Assembly: GCA_036502365.1 (NCBI GenBank)
Contig: DASXYS010000219.1
Span: 8 to 64,007 of the forward strand
Source: Amycolatopsis sp.
GTDB taxonomy: Bacteria > Actinomycetota > Actinomycetes > Mycobacteriales > Pseudonocardiaceae
Direction of reading: 5' to 3'
DNA: 64,000 nt
The position numbers were made by a program, and so were the translations under genes. Below the pieces are notes generated by a model, which was not told the origin of the DNA, ran no database searches, and saw nothing but the letters and a program-made list of their open reading frames with translations. Shown here piece after piece: positions 39,345 through 48,663 of the stretch. Every line of letters begins with the position of its first letter. Position 1 is the stretch's first letter.

Positions 39345-41966
39345 TCAGGAACCCGCGCCGACGCAGACGAAACCGGCCGCCGCGGCGGCCGCGGCCGGAC
39401 CGTGGCCCCGCACCGCCTGCTGGGCGCGGGCCAGCGCGACGGCCGCCGGGTGCCCGCCGGCCAGCAGCCGGTGCAGCTCCACCATCAGCGGCGCCGTCTC
39501 GGCGTCCGGGATCGGCACCACGGAGGCGACGAGCTGCGCGGCGCCGTTCGCGACGAACGCCGCGCCCAGCCCGAGCAGCTCGTCACCGGTGCAGACGACC
39601 GAGCGGCCGCTGTCGCACGCGGCGAGCACCACCGTGTGCGGCACCCGGCCGAGCCGGTCGAGGTCGTAGGCGAGCAGCGGCCCGTCGTGCAGGCGGAGGC
39701 TGGAGAACAGCGGGTGGTCGACGGCCAGCGTGCCGTGCGCGGCGAGGTGCGCCAGCCGGGCCTTGGCCAGTTCGGCGAGCACGACGTCCACGCCTCCGTC
39801 CGTGATCGGCTCCACGTGGTGGATCGCCGCGATCGCCTCGGCTTCGGCGACCGCGCCGGCGAGCCCGGGCCCGGCGACCACCATCACCGGCCCGGTCGCG
39901 GGCTCGCGGGCGTTCGCCGCGTGCCAGAGCGTGGCCGACGGCGAGACGGCGACCGCCCGGCCGGCGCACGAGGGCAGCACCGACCACGGCAGGCTGTGCA
40001 GGATCCCGGTCGGCACCACGACCAGCGGCCGTCCCGCCAGCTCGGGCAACGGGCCGAACAGTGCCTCGTCGAGCCGGTCCGCGGCGTTCGCCAGCAGGTG
40101 CTCGGCGGCGGCCGCCGAAGCCGGGGCGGAGACGTCGGCCATGCGGTGCAACGCGAACGGCAGCCGGTCGAGCAGGTCCGCCACGCGCGCGGCGGGGCCG
40201 AGCTCGTGGCGCCGCAGCCGGCCGTCGACCAAGGTGAGCGCCTGCAGCTCGCCGTCGAGACGGAGCCATTCGACCAGTGCGCGCTCGCCGAGGGCCCGGC
40301 CCAGCTCGGGCACCCGCACCGGTTCGGTCGCCGGCGAGCCGGCCGACCGGCTCTGCCGGATGTGGTCGCGGATCCGCCGTTCCAGCGCGGCCTGGCGCGG
40401 CAGCGTCTTCGCGGGGCCGGAAGCATTCTCGGCCTCCCGCGCGGTGGAACGCAGCTCGGCGAGCAGCCGGGCGAGCACCTCGTCGTCCGGCGGGCGGACC
40501 GGCGGGCGGGCGAGACGGCTGGCCCGGCCACGCTCGGCCCACTCGAACACCGCGTCCGCGCGCCCGCCCGCGACCGCCGTGCGCAGGCCCAGCTCGGCGA
40601 GGTCGGTGCGCTGCGCGGCCGTGCGCGCACGGAGGTCCGCGGCACCGAGGGCGGCACCGTGGTCGTCGAGCACCCGCAGCCCGGACCGGGCCGCGTGGAC
40701 GACGCCCGCGTGATCCCCGAAATCCTTACGCAGCAACGCTTCCGCGTACCAGCCGCGGGCCCGCAAGGTCGCCGGGCCGCGCCGCCGGGCCGTGGACGCC
40801 TCCCGGAGCAGCCCGCGGCCGCGTTCGGGGTCACGGCGGGCGAGCGCGAGCCGTCCGGCGAAAAGGCGGGCCTCCAGCTCGGCCGCGGGCCAGCCCGCGC
40901 CCGCCAGTACCCGCACCATCCCGGCGATCCGGGCGGACGCGACCCGCGGCGGCGGGCCGGACGTCCACCGCGCGCGTAGCCCGGTCAGGTAGGCCAGCTC
41001 GGCCCACGCGGCCCGGCCCTGGCGGGCGAACTCACGCCCGGCCGCACGCGCCTGCGCCACGGCCGTGACGGTGTCCTCGCTCAGCGACGCGGCCTGGGAA
41101 AGCACCAGCCGCACCTCGGGCACCCCCAGCAGACGACGTTCCCGCCGGCAGGTGGCGACGGCCCGTTCGGCGGCGTCGCGGGCCTCGGCGACGAGCCCGG
41201 CCGAGAGCAGCAGCTCGGCCCGGTGGCGCTGCACCCAGCCCAGCTGCGCGCCGTGCTCGGCGATGATCCGCTCGGCGCGGCCCAGCTGCGCCAGCGCGGC
41301 CGGGATGTCCCCGCGCAGCGTCTCCACCAGGCCCAGGTTCTCCGCCACGATGCCCTCGGTGAGCTCGCGGCCGAGCTGCCGCGCGAGCCGCCCGGCCTCC
41401 AGCAGGTCCGCTTCGGCCGCCGCGAACGCGTGCCGGTCGGCCAGCAGGAACGCACGGTTGATCAGCAGCCGCTGGACGCCGAGCAGGTCGCCGGTGGCCC
41501 GCAGGGTCGGCAGCACGGCGTCGAACTGGGTGAGCGCCTCGTCGAGCCGGCCGTCCATGTGCAGCACGATCGCGCGCTGGGCGAGCGCGCGGCCGGCCGT
41601 CGCGCCGTCGAGGTCGGGCACCGCGAGGTCGATTTCCCGCAACGCCGTGGCGGGACGGCCCCGTTGCAGCAGCGCGAACGCCATTTTCATCCGTGCCTCG
41701 GCCGCGAGCGCCGCCGAGCCCGCGCGCTCGGCGCACCGCACCGAACGGCGGAAGTGGCGCAGCGCGTCGTCCATCTCGCCGCAGTGCAGGAGGGCATGCC
41801 CCCAGGCCCGTTCGGCGACGGACTCGGCCGCCGCGTCCCGCTCCCGCACCGCCGCGGCCACCGCCTCGCGCGCCGGCCCCGGCGCCCGGGCGGGGTCGAG
41901 GTCGGCGAGCCGCACGGCGGCGTCCGCCTGTTCTTTTGCGCCGGGGTGAAGCATCACAGCGCGCAT
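39345..41966 (-). CDS. TPR-like repeat plus CHAT (caspase-like) protease
   Basis: Long helical-repeat N-terminus; CHAT motifs VVPTGILHSLPW, AEAEAI, HLAAHG (His), VVLAACDSG (Cys); alternative start at 41954. Confidence 0.88.
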   Translation of the reverse strand: MRAVMLHPGAKEQADAAVRLADLDPARAPGPAREAVAAAVRERDAAAESVAERAWGHALLHCGEMDDALRHFRRSVRCAERAGSAALAAEARMKMAFALLQRGRPATALREIDLAVPDLDGATAGRALAQRAIVLHMDGRLDEALTQFDAVLPTLRATGDLLGVQRLLINRAFLLADRHAFAAAEADLLEAGRLARQLGRELTEGIVAENLGLVETLRGDIPAALAQLGRAERIIAEHGAQLGWVQRHRAELLLSAGLVAEARDAAERAVATCRRERRLLGVPEVRLVLSQAASLSEDTVTAVAQARAAGREFARQGRAAWAELAYLTGLRARWTSGPPPRVASARIAGMVRVLAGAGWPAAELEARLFAGRLALARRDPERGRGLLREASTARRRGPATLRARGWYAEALLRKDFGDHAGVVHAARSGLRVLDDHGAALGAADLRARTAAQRTDLAELGLRTAVAGGRADAVFEWAERGRASRLARPPVRPPDDEVLARLLAELRSTAREAENASGPAKTLPRQAALERRIRDHIRQSRSAGSPATEPVRVPELGRALGERALVEWLRLDGELQALTLVDGRLRRHELGPAARVADLLDRLPFALHRMADVSAPASAAAAEHLLANAADRLDEALFGPLPELAGRPLVVVPTGILHSLPWSVLPSCAGRAVAVSPSATLWHAANAREPATGPVMVVAGPGLAGAVAEAEAIAAIHHVEPITDGGVDVVLAELAKARLAHLAAHGTLAVDHPLFSSLRLHDGPLLAYDLDRLGRVPHTVVLAACDSGRSVVCTGDELLGLGAAFVANGAAQLVASVVPIPDAETAPLMVELHRLLAGGHPAAVALARAQQAVRGHGPAAAAAAAGFVCVGAGS

Positions 41967-42011
41967 TCGCGACTCCGGTAGGGAAGACCACCTCGAGAGG
42001 AATCTACTGAG

Positions 42012-43199
42012 ATGACCGAATCACCGGAACAGCCGAACGGGCAGACCCTCCCACTCGCCGCCGAGTTGAAACCCCTCCCCGACGAGCTCATCGCCGACAG
42101 CGACGACCTGGCCGTGGTGCTCGACGCGCTGCGCGAGCTGAAGACGGAATGGGCGGAGGTCGTCGAAGACACCCGGCTCGGCCTGGCCCGGCTGACCGGC
42201 CTGGTCTGCCTGGACGGCGAGGTCGCCGACCTGCCGGCCAAGCTCCGCGCGGCCTTCGCCACGTCCGCGGGCGGCTGGCAGCCGGAGGTGGACCTGCACT
42301 GGTCGACCCTCGGCTCGATCGGATCCGCCGGGTCGAAGCCGATGGCCGCCGGCACGATCGGTCCCGTCGCGGTCGGCACCGCCGGGTCGAAGCCGATGAC
42401 CGCGGGCGACCCGATGGACGCGGGCCCCGTGGACCAGCCCGCCACGGACGCGCTGACCGGGGCGGAGGTCGCCGTGGCCATGATCGACACGCCGCTGTTC
42501 CGGCATCCGGTGTTCACCGGCCGCGACGTGCGGACCCGCGAATGGCACACGAAGGGGACCACCACGCTGCTGACCAACCGGGCCGGGCACGGCACGTTCG
42601 TCTGCTCCGTGATCCTCGCGCACGCCCCCGCGGCGCGGATCGAGGCCGACGGCGCGCTCGACAGCGCGACCAGTGAGGCGACCGAGTGGGAGGTGGCCCA
42701 GGAGATCGTGCGGCTGGGCGACCGGGCCGACATCCTGAACCTCTCCCTGGCTTCCCACACCCTCGACGGCGCCCCGTCGCTGGTGCTGCGCCGCGCGGTG
42801 GACCGGCTGCCCCGCCGCGTGCTGGTGATCGCGGCGGCGGGCAACCACGGGGAGACCACGGACCCGATGCTGACCGGGACCACCCCGATGTGGCCCGCCG
42901 CCCTGCCGGGTGTGGTCGCGGTCGGCGCGATGGACCGGGACGGCATCCGGCTGCCGTTCAGCCCGGACGCGCCGTGGGTGTCCTGCCAGGCGGTCGGGTT
43001 CGAGGTGCGCGGGGCCTACCCGGGCGGCTGGGCGAAGTGGACCGGCACGTCGTTCGCCGCCGCCCGGGTGACCGGGATGGTGGCGGCTCGGACCGTGCCG
43101 GGCCGGGTGAGTCCCGCGGAGGCGTTCGAACTGGTGCTGGACGACCCGGATTCAGGCGTCGAGCGGTACCACTGGGCCGGTCCGAACCCGGGACAATGA
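42012..43199 (+). CDS. S8 subtilisin-family serine protease without signal peptide
   Basis: VAMIDT (Asp), GHGTFV (His), AAAGN (oxyanion Asn), GTSFAA (Ser). Confidence 0.85.
   Translation: MTESPEQPNGQTLPLAAELKPLPDELIADSDDLAVVLDALRELKTEWAEVVEDTRLGLARLTGLVCLDGEVADLPAKLRAAFATSAGGWQPEVDLHWSTLGSIGSAGSKPMAAGTIGPVAVGTAGSKPMTAGDPMDAGPVDQPATDALTGAEVAVAMIDTPLFRHPVFTGRDVRTREWHTKGTTTLLTNRAGHGTFVCSVILAHAPAARIEADGALDSATSEATEWEVAQEIVRLGDRADILNLSLASHTLDGAPSLVLRRAVDRLPRRVLVIAAAGNHGETTDPMLTGTTPMWPAALPGVVAVGAMDRDGIRLPFSPDAPWVSCQAVGFEVRGAYPGGWAKWTGTSFAAARVTGMVAARTVPGRVSPAEAFELVLDDPDSGVERYHWAGPNPGQ
42325..42398 (+). repeat. 20-bp direct repeat (54-bp period) in the subtilase pro-region
   Basis: CCGCCGGGTCGAAGCCGATG at 42325 and 42379; peptide AGSKPM twice. 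Confidence 0.85.
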
Positions 43200-43774
43200 G
43201 CCCCATGCGGGACGACCCGTCAGTGGTGGCACTGGTCGCCAGGGCACGTGATGGGGACCGCGGCGCGTGGGACGAGATCGTCGAGCGGTACGCGCCGCTG
43301 GTCTGGGCCGTCTGCGGCCGGCACCGGCTCTCCGGTGCCGACGCGGACGACGTCGGAGCCGCGGTCTGGCTGCGGCTGGTCGAGCAGCTGGGCCGGCTCC
43401 GCGAGCCGGCCGCGCTGCCCGGCTGGCTCGCGACGACCACCCGTCACGAGTGCCTGCGCCTGCTGCGCGCGAAACTGCGCCAGATCCCGGTCGAGGACGA
43501 CCCCTTCCCCGACGAGGCCGTCGCGGCGGCGGACGAGTGGCTGCTGGCCGAAGAGCGCCGGCTCGCCCTGCGACGGGGTTTCGCCACGCTGCCCGAACGC
43601 TGCCGCCGGCTGCTGGAGATGCTGTTCGACGATCCGCCCGTGGCGTACGCGCGGATCAGCGAGCAGCTCGGCATGGCGGTCGGCGGCATCGGCCCCAGCC
43701 GGATCCGCTGTCTCGGCCTGCTGCGCCGCAGCCCGCCCGTCGCCGCGCTGGCCCCGACCACGGCGGGAGCTTGA
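43196..43774 (+). CDS. ECF RNA polymerase sigma factor
   Basis: ATGA overlap with subtilase; AWDEIVERY, DADDV..VW, GWLATTTRHE, YARISEQLGM..GGIGPSR.RCL. Confidence 0.88.
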   Translation: MSPMRDDPSVVALVARARDGDRGAWDEIVERYAPLVWAVCGRHRLSGADADDVGAAVWLRLVEQLGRLREPAALPGWLATTTRHECLRLLRAKLRQIPVEDDPFPDEAVAAADEWLLAEERRLALRRGFATLPERCRRLLEMLFDDPPVAYARISEQLGMAVGGIGPSRIRCLGLLRRSPPVAALAPTTAGA

Positions 43775-43775
43775 G

Positions 43776-44225
43776 ATGCCGGACCACCGGGACTCCGACG
43801 AGCTGCTGCTGGCCGAGCTCGGCGATGCCCTGCGCGAACGGCGTGAAGTGCCGGAAAGCTTTGTCACCGCGGCAAAAGCGGCCTTCACCTGGCATACGGT
43901 CGACGCCGAACTGGCCGAGCTGGCAGCCGGCTCCGCCACCGCGCCCGCCGGTACCCGCGCCGGCACCGGCGGGCACCGTTCGCTGACGTTCACGGCCGGC
44001 GGCCTCACCGTCTCCGTGGAGCTGACGCCGGACGCGCTGCTGGGCCAGCTCGTCCCGCCGTCGGCCGCCGCGGTCGAGCTCTGCGGCCCGGGCGGGGTGG
44101 CCGCGAGCACCTCCGCCGACGAGGTCGGCTGGTTCACGCTGCGGCCCGCGCCCGAGGGCCTGTTCCGGCTCCGGGTGCGGACCGGCACCGGGCCCGACGT
44201 GCACACGGAGTGGACGCGCGCCTGA
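43776..44225 (+). CDS. hypothetical protein, putative soluble anti-sigma factor
   Basis: Starts 1 nt after the sigma stop; helical N-terminus (AAKAAFTW..VDAELAEL), beta-rich C-terminus (RSLTF, LLGQLVPP, ADEVGWF). Confidence 0.7.
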   Translation: MPDHRDSDELLLAELGDALRERREVPESFVTAAKAAFTWHTVDAELAELAAGSATAPAGTRAGTGGHRSLTFTAGGLTVSVELTPDALLGQLVPPSAAAVELCGPGGVAASTSADEVGWFTLRPAPEGLFRLRVRTGTGPDVHTEWTRA

Positions 44226-44292
44226 CGTCTCGTGCGCCACATCCGGGGCACCCGGCGCGAGCGGACCGCCGGGTGCCCCGGATGATGAAGGC

Positions 44293-45384
44293 ATGGACGA
44301 GCCCGGATTCGACGCCGACCTGCCCGCCCGCGTCGAGGGCGCGCTGGCCGCGTTCCTGGGCCGGGCCGGCGAGCAGATCGTGCGCACCGAGCCCAGCGTG
44401 GCGGCCGGCATCGAGGCGCTGTCCGGGTTCGTGCTGGGCGGCGGCAAGCGGATCCGGCCGACGTTCGCGTGGTGGGGCTGGCGCGGGGCCGGCGGCGCGG
44501 CCTCCGGGCCGGACGCCGAGGGCGCGCTGCAAGTGGTGTCGAGCCTCGAACTGATCCAGGCCTGCGCGCTGATCCACGACGACCTGATCGACTCCTCCGA
44601 CTCCCGCCGCGGCAACCCGACCGTGCACGTCGCGTCGGCGAAGCTGCACGCCGGCCAGGGCTGGCTCGGCTCCCCCGCGGCGTTCGGGCTGGCCACCGCC
44701 GTGCTGGTCGGCGACCTCGCGCTGGCGTGGGCCGACGACATGTTCGCCGACGCCCCGCTGCCCGCCGAAACCCTCGCCGCGGCGCGCCCGGCGTGGCGCG
44801 CGATGCGCACGGAGGTGCTCGCCGGGCAGTACCTCGACGTCCGCACGCAGGCCGTCGGCGACGCTTCCCCCGAAGCCGCGCTGCGCATCGACCGGCTCAA
44901 GACCGCCGCGTACACCGTGCAGCGCCCGCTGCACCTCGGCGCCGCGCTCGCCGGCGCGGACGAGGAGCTGATCGGCACGCTGCTGGAGTTCGGCGGCGAC
45001 GTCGGCGTGGCGTTCCAGCTGCGGGACGACCTGCTGGGCGTGTTCGGCGACCCGTCCGTGACCGGCAAGCCCGCGGGCGACGACCTGCGCGAAGGCAAGC
45101 GGACCCTGCTCGTCGCGCTGGGCCTGCAACTGGCGAGGGAGCGCGGTGAGGACGCCGCGGCCGAGGTGATCGCCGAAGCCATCGGCGCCGCCAACCTGTC
45201 CGACGCCGCGGTGGACACAGTGCGCGACACGCTGACGGCCGTCGGCGCGGTCGACGCCATCGAGCGGCGCATCACCGAGCTCACGTCCTCGGCGATGGCC
45301 GCGCTCGAGCGGGCCCGCCTGGCCGAGCCGGCCCCGGCGGCGCTGACCGAGCTGACCGAGCTGGCGACCCAGCGGACGTACTGA
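44293..45384 (+). CDS. crtE: polyprenyl (GGPP) synthase, IdsA2/CrtE-like
   Basis: GGKRIRP, LIHDDLID, RRG, KTAAYT, FQLRDDLL. Confidence 0.88.
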   Translation: MDEPGFDADLPARVEGALAAFLGRAGEQIVRTEPSVAAGIEALSGFVLGGGKRIRPTFAWWGWRGAGGAASGPDAEGALQVVSSLELIQACALIHDDLIDSSDSRRGNPTVHVASAKLHAGQGWLGSPAAFGLATAVLVGDLALAWADDMFADAPLPAETLAAARPAWRAMRTEVLAGQYLDVRTQAVGDASPEAALRIDRLKTAAYTVQRPLHLGAALAGADEELIGTLLEFGGDVGVAFQLRDDLLGVFGDPSVTGKPAGDDLREGKRTLLVALGLQLARERGEDAAAEVIAEAIGAANLSDAAVDTVRDTLTAVGAVDAIERRITELTSSAMAALERARLAEPAPAALTELTELATQRTY

Positions 45385-46865
45385 TGCCGGGCCGGACCGT
45401 CACCGGGCCCACCGACCACGTGGTGGTGGTCGGGGCGGGGCTGGCCGGGCTCTCGGCCGCGCTGCACCTGCTCGGCGCCGGCCGCCGCGTCACGCTGCTG
45501 GAGCAGGCCAAGACCCCGGGCGGACGGGCCGGGCAACAGGACTTCGGCGGCAACGCCGTGGACACCGGCGCGAGTGTGCTCACCATGCCCGAGCTGGTCG
45601 ACGAGGCCTTCCACGCCGTCGGCGAGTCGCTGGCCGGCAACCTGCCGCTGACGAAGCTCGACCCGGCCTACCGCGCGCGGTTCGCGGACGGCAGCACGCT
45701 GGCGCTGCGCACCGACGGCGACGCGATGGAGGCCGAAATCCGCGCGTTCGCCGGGCCCGCGGAGGCGCGGGGCTACCGGCGGCTGCGGCGCTGGCTCACC
45801 GAGCTGTACACCACGCAGAAGGACCACTTCATCGGCGCGAACTTCGATTCGCCGCTCGGCCTCGCCCGGCCGGAGCTGGTGAAGCTCGCGGCGCTCGGCG
45901 GCTTCGGCCGGCTCGGCCCGAAGGTCGCGACCTTCCTGCGCGACGAGCGCGTGCGCCGGCTGTTTTCGTTCCAGGCGCTGTACGCGGGCCTCGACCCGGC
46001 GCGCGCGATGGGCGCGTACGGCGTCATCGCGTACATGGACACCGTCGGCGGCGTGTACTACCCGCGCGGCGGCATGGGCGCGATCGCGCGGTCGATGGCC
46101 GGCGCCGCCGGGCGCGCGGGGGCCGACCTGCGGTTCGGCACCGAAGCCGCGTGGCTGGAGCGCGTCTCGTCGCGGGTGCGGGCGGTCCGGACGCGCTCGG
46201 GTGAGCGGATCGAGTGCGACGCGGTGGTCCTCGCGACCGAGCTGACCACGGCGTACCGGCTGCTCGGCGCGCGTCCCCGCCGGGTGCTGCCGTTGCGGTA
46301 CTCGCCTTCGGCCGTGGTGCTGCACGGGCGCGCCGGCCGCTCGTGGCCGGAACTGGGCCACCACACGATCTTCTTCGGCGACGCGTGGGAGCGCACGTTC
46401 GCCGAGATCGTCCGCGAGGGCAAGCTCATGAGCGACCCGTCGCTGCTGGTCACCCGCCCGACCGCGACCGAACCGGGGCTGGCCGGTGAAGGCGGCGAGA
46501 TCGTCTCCGTGCTCGCGCCCGCGCCGAACCTGCACCGCGGCCGCATCGACTGGCCACGCGTCGGCGGCGCGTACCGCGAAGAGCTGGTGCGCACGCTGGA
46601 AGCGCGCGGGCTGACCGGCTTCGGCCGGGAGTTCGCCGTCGACGAGCTGATCACGCCCGCGGACTGGTCGGCGCGCGGGCTCGCCGCCGGGACCCCGTTC
46701 TCGCTGGCGCACACGTTTGCCCAGACCGGCCCGTTCCGGCCCGCCAACCTGGTGCGGGCCGCGGGCAACGTGGTGCTCGCGGGCAGCGGCACCACCCCCG
46801 GCGTCGGCATCCCGCCCGTGCTGATCTCCGGACGACTCGCCGCGGAAAGGATCACCGGCCGGTGA
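45384..46865 (+). CDS. crtI: phytoene desaturase
   Basis: GAGLAGL, GGRAG, DTGASVLTMP, QTGPFRP, GSGTTPGVGIP.VLISG. Confidence 0.92.
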   Translation: MPGRTVTGPTDHVVVVGAGLAGLSAALHLLGAGRRVTLLEQAKTPGGRAGQQDFGGNAVDTGASVLTMPELVDEAFHAVGESLAGNLPLTKLDPAYRARFADGSTLALRTDGDAMEAEIRAFAGPAEARGYRRLRRWLTELYTTQKDHFIGANFDSPLGLARPELVKLAALGGFGRLGPKVATFLRDERVRRLFSFQALYAGLDPARAMGAYGVIAYMDTVGGVYYPRGGMGAIARSMAGAAGRAGADLRFGTEAAWLERVSSRVRAVRTRSGERIECDAVVLATELTTAYRLLGARPRRVLPLRYSPSAVVLHGRAGRSWPELGHHTIFFGDAWERTFAEIVREGKLMSDPSLLVTRPTATEPGLAGEGGEIVSVLAPAPNLHRGRIDWPRVGGAYREELVRTLEARGLTGFGREFAVDELITPADWSARGLAAGTPFSLAHTFAQTGPFRPANLVRAAGNVVLAGSGTTPGVGIPPVLISGRLAAERITGR

Positions 46866-47800
46866 ACGAACTGGACGCCGCCGGCATCACCGGCCCCGCC
46901 CTGCGGTCCGCGTACGCCGAGTGCCGCCGCATCAACGCCCACCACGGCCGCACGTTTTTCCTCGCCACCCGGCTGCTGCCGGCGCGGGCCCGGCCGTCGG
47001 CGCACGCGTTGTACGGCTTCGCGCGGATGGCCGACGAGCTGGTCGACAACCCGTCGCCGGGCACCGACCCGGAGGTGGCGCTGGACAAGGTCGCCGGACT
47101 GGTCGACGAGGTCTACGGCGGCGGCGCGCCCGCCGACCCGGTGCTCGCCGCGCTGGCCGACACCGTCCGCCGCCACGGCATCGAACGCGGGCTGGTGGAC
47201 GCGTTCCTGCACTCGATGCGGATGGACCTGACGGTCACGGAGTACGCGACCTACGCCGGCCTCGCCGAGTACGTGCACGGCTCGGCGTCCGTGATCGGGC
47301 TGCAGATGCTGCCGGTGTTCGGCACGGTCGTGCCGCTCGCGGAAGCGGTCTCGAGCGCCGCCGCGCTCGGCGAAGCCTTCCAGCTCACCAACTTCATCCG
47401 TGACATCGGTGAGGACCTGGACCGCGGCCGGCTTTACCTGCCCACCGAGGAGCTGGCGGCCTTCGGTGTGGACCGGGCGCTGCTCGTCGAGTCGCGCCGC
47501 CGCCGGGTGCCGGACCCGCGGGTACGCCGCGCGCTGGCCGTCGCGGTGTCGCGCAACCGCGCGGTCTACCGTCGTGCGGAGGCCGGGATTCCGTTGCTGC
47601 GCCCCGAATCCCGCCCGTGCGTGCGGACCGCGATCACGCTGTACGAAGGCATCCTGGACGAGATCGAGGCGCTCGATTACGACGTGCTGAACCGCCGCGC
47701 CGTGGTCGGCAAGGGCCGTCGGCTGGCGGTCGCGTTGCCGGAGCTGGTCCAGGTCCGGCTTGGCGCGTTCCGTACTTGCAGGCCTACGCTGCGATCATGA
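46862..47800 (+). CDS. crtB: phytoene synthase
   Basis: GRTFFLA, LYGFARMADELVD, FQLTNFIRDIGED..RGRLYLP. Confidence 0.92.
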   Translation: MNELDAAGITGPALRSAYAECRRINAHHGRTFFLATRLLPARARPSAHALYGFARMADELVDNPSPGTDPEVALDKVAGLVDEVYGGGAPADPVLAALADTVRRHGIERGLVDAFLHSMRMDLTVTEYATYAGLAEYVHGSASVIGLQMLPVFGTVVPLAEAVSSAAALGEAFQLTNFIRDIGEDLDRGRLYLPTEELAAFGVDRALLVESRRRRVPDPRVRRALAVAVSRNRAVYRRAEAGIPLLRPESRPCVRTAITLYEGILDEIEALDYDVLNRRAVVGKGRRLAVALPELVQVRLGAFRTCRPTLRS

Positions 47801-48585
47801 CCACTGCTTCGAACAGGCGGCTCCGGGTCGGCGTCCAGCTCCAGCCGCAGCACGCCGATTACGACAGCATCCGCCGCGCGGCCGCGGAGGCCGAAGAACT
47901 CGGCGTCGACATCATCTTCAACTGGGACCACTTCTACCCGCTCTACGGCGAGCCCGAGGGCAAGCACTTCGAGTGCTGGACGATGCTCGGCGCGTGGGCG
48001 GAAGCGACGTCCCGTGTGGAGATCGGCGCGCTGGTGACGTGCAACAGCTACCGCAACCCCGAGCTGCTCGCCGACATGGCGCGCACCGTCGACCACATCT
48101 CCGGCGGACGGCTCATCCTCGGCATCGGCTCCGGCTGGTTCGAGAAGGACTACGACGAGTACGGCTACGAGTTCGGCACCGCGGGCGGGCGGCTGAACGA
48201 CCTGGCCGACTCCCTGCCGCGGATCGAATCGCGGCTGGGCAAGCTGAACCCCGCGCCGACGCGCAAGATCCCGGTGCTGATCGGCGGTGGCGGCGAGAAG
48301 AAGACCCTCAAGCTCGTCGCGAAGCACGCCGACATCTGGCACGGCTTCGGTGACGCGGAAGTCGTCGAGCGCAAGGTGAAGATCCTCGACCAGCACTGCG
48401 CGGACGTGGGCCGCGACCCGGCCGAGATCGAGCGCTCCTGCGCGGTGGAGGGCGCCCCGGACGAGCTGGGGCCCAAGCTCGTCGCGCAGGGCGTCTCCAC
48501 GTTCACCGTGGGCCTGGGCGGGCCGGACTACGACCTGTCCAAGGTCAAGCCGTGGATCGCCTGGCGGGACCAGCAGAACGGCTGA
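47797..48585 (+). CDS. LLM-class F420-dependent oxidoreductase
   Basis: WDHFYP, RNPELLADMARTVDHISGGRLILGIGSGW, IGGGGEKKTL. Confidence 0.88.
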   Translation: MTTASNRRLRVGVQLQPQHADYDSIRRAAAEAEELGVDIIFNWDHFYPLYGEPEGKHFECWTMLGAWAEATSRVEIGALVTCNSYRNPELLADMARTVDHISGGRLILGIGSGWFEKDYDEYGYEFGTAGGRLNDLADSLPRIESRLGKLNPAPTRKIPVLIGGGGEKKTLKLVAKHADIWHGFGDAEVVERKVKILDQHCADVGRDPAEIERSCAVEGAPDELGPKLVAQGVSTFTVGLGGPDYDLSKVKPWIAWRDQQNG

Positions 48586-48614
48586 CCCGAGCCATCCCCC
48601 AGGTTGCCGGATGC

Positions 48615-48663
48615 AGCGGATGACGCTTTTGCCTCGCTGAGTGCAGGGAGAGCGTCATCCGCT
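48615..48663. repeat. REP-like inverted repeat between convergent genes
   Basis: AGCGGATGACGCT...AGCGTCATCCGCT 13-bp arms. Confidence 0.65.

Noticed and set aside
36524-44292. Prophage or integrative element
   Set aside because: No integrase, transposase, phage structural genes, tRNA target or visible att repeats
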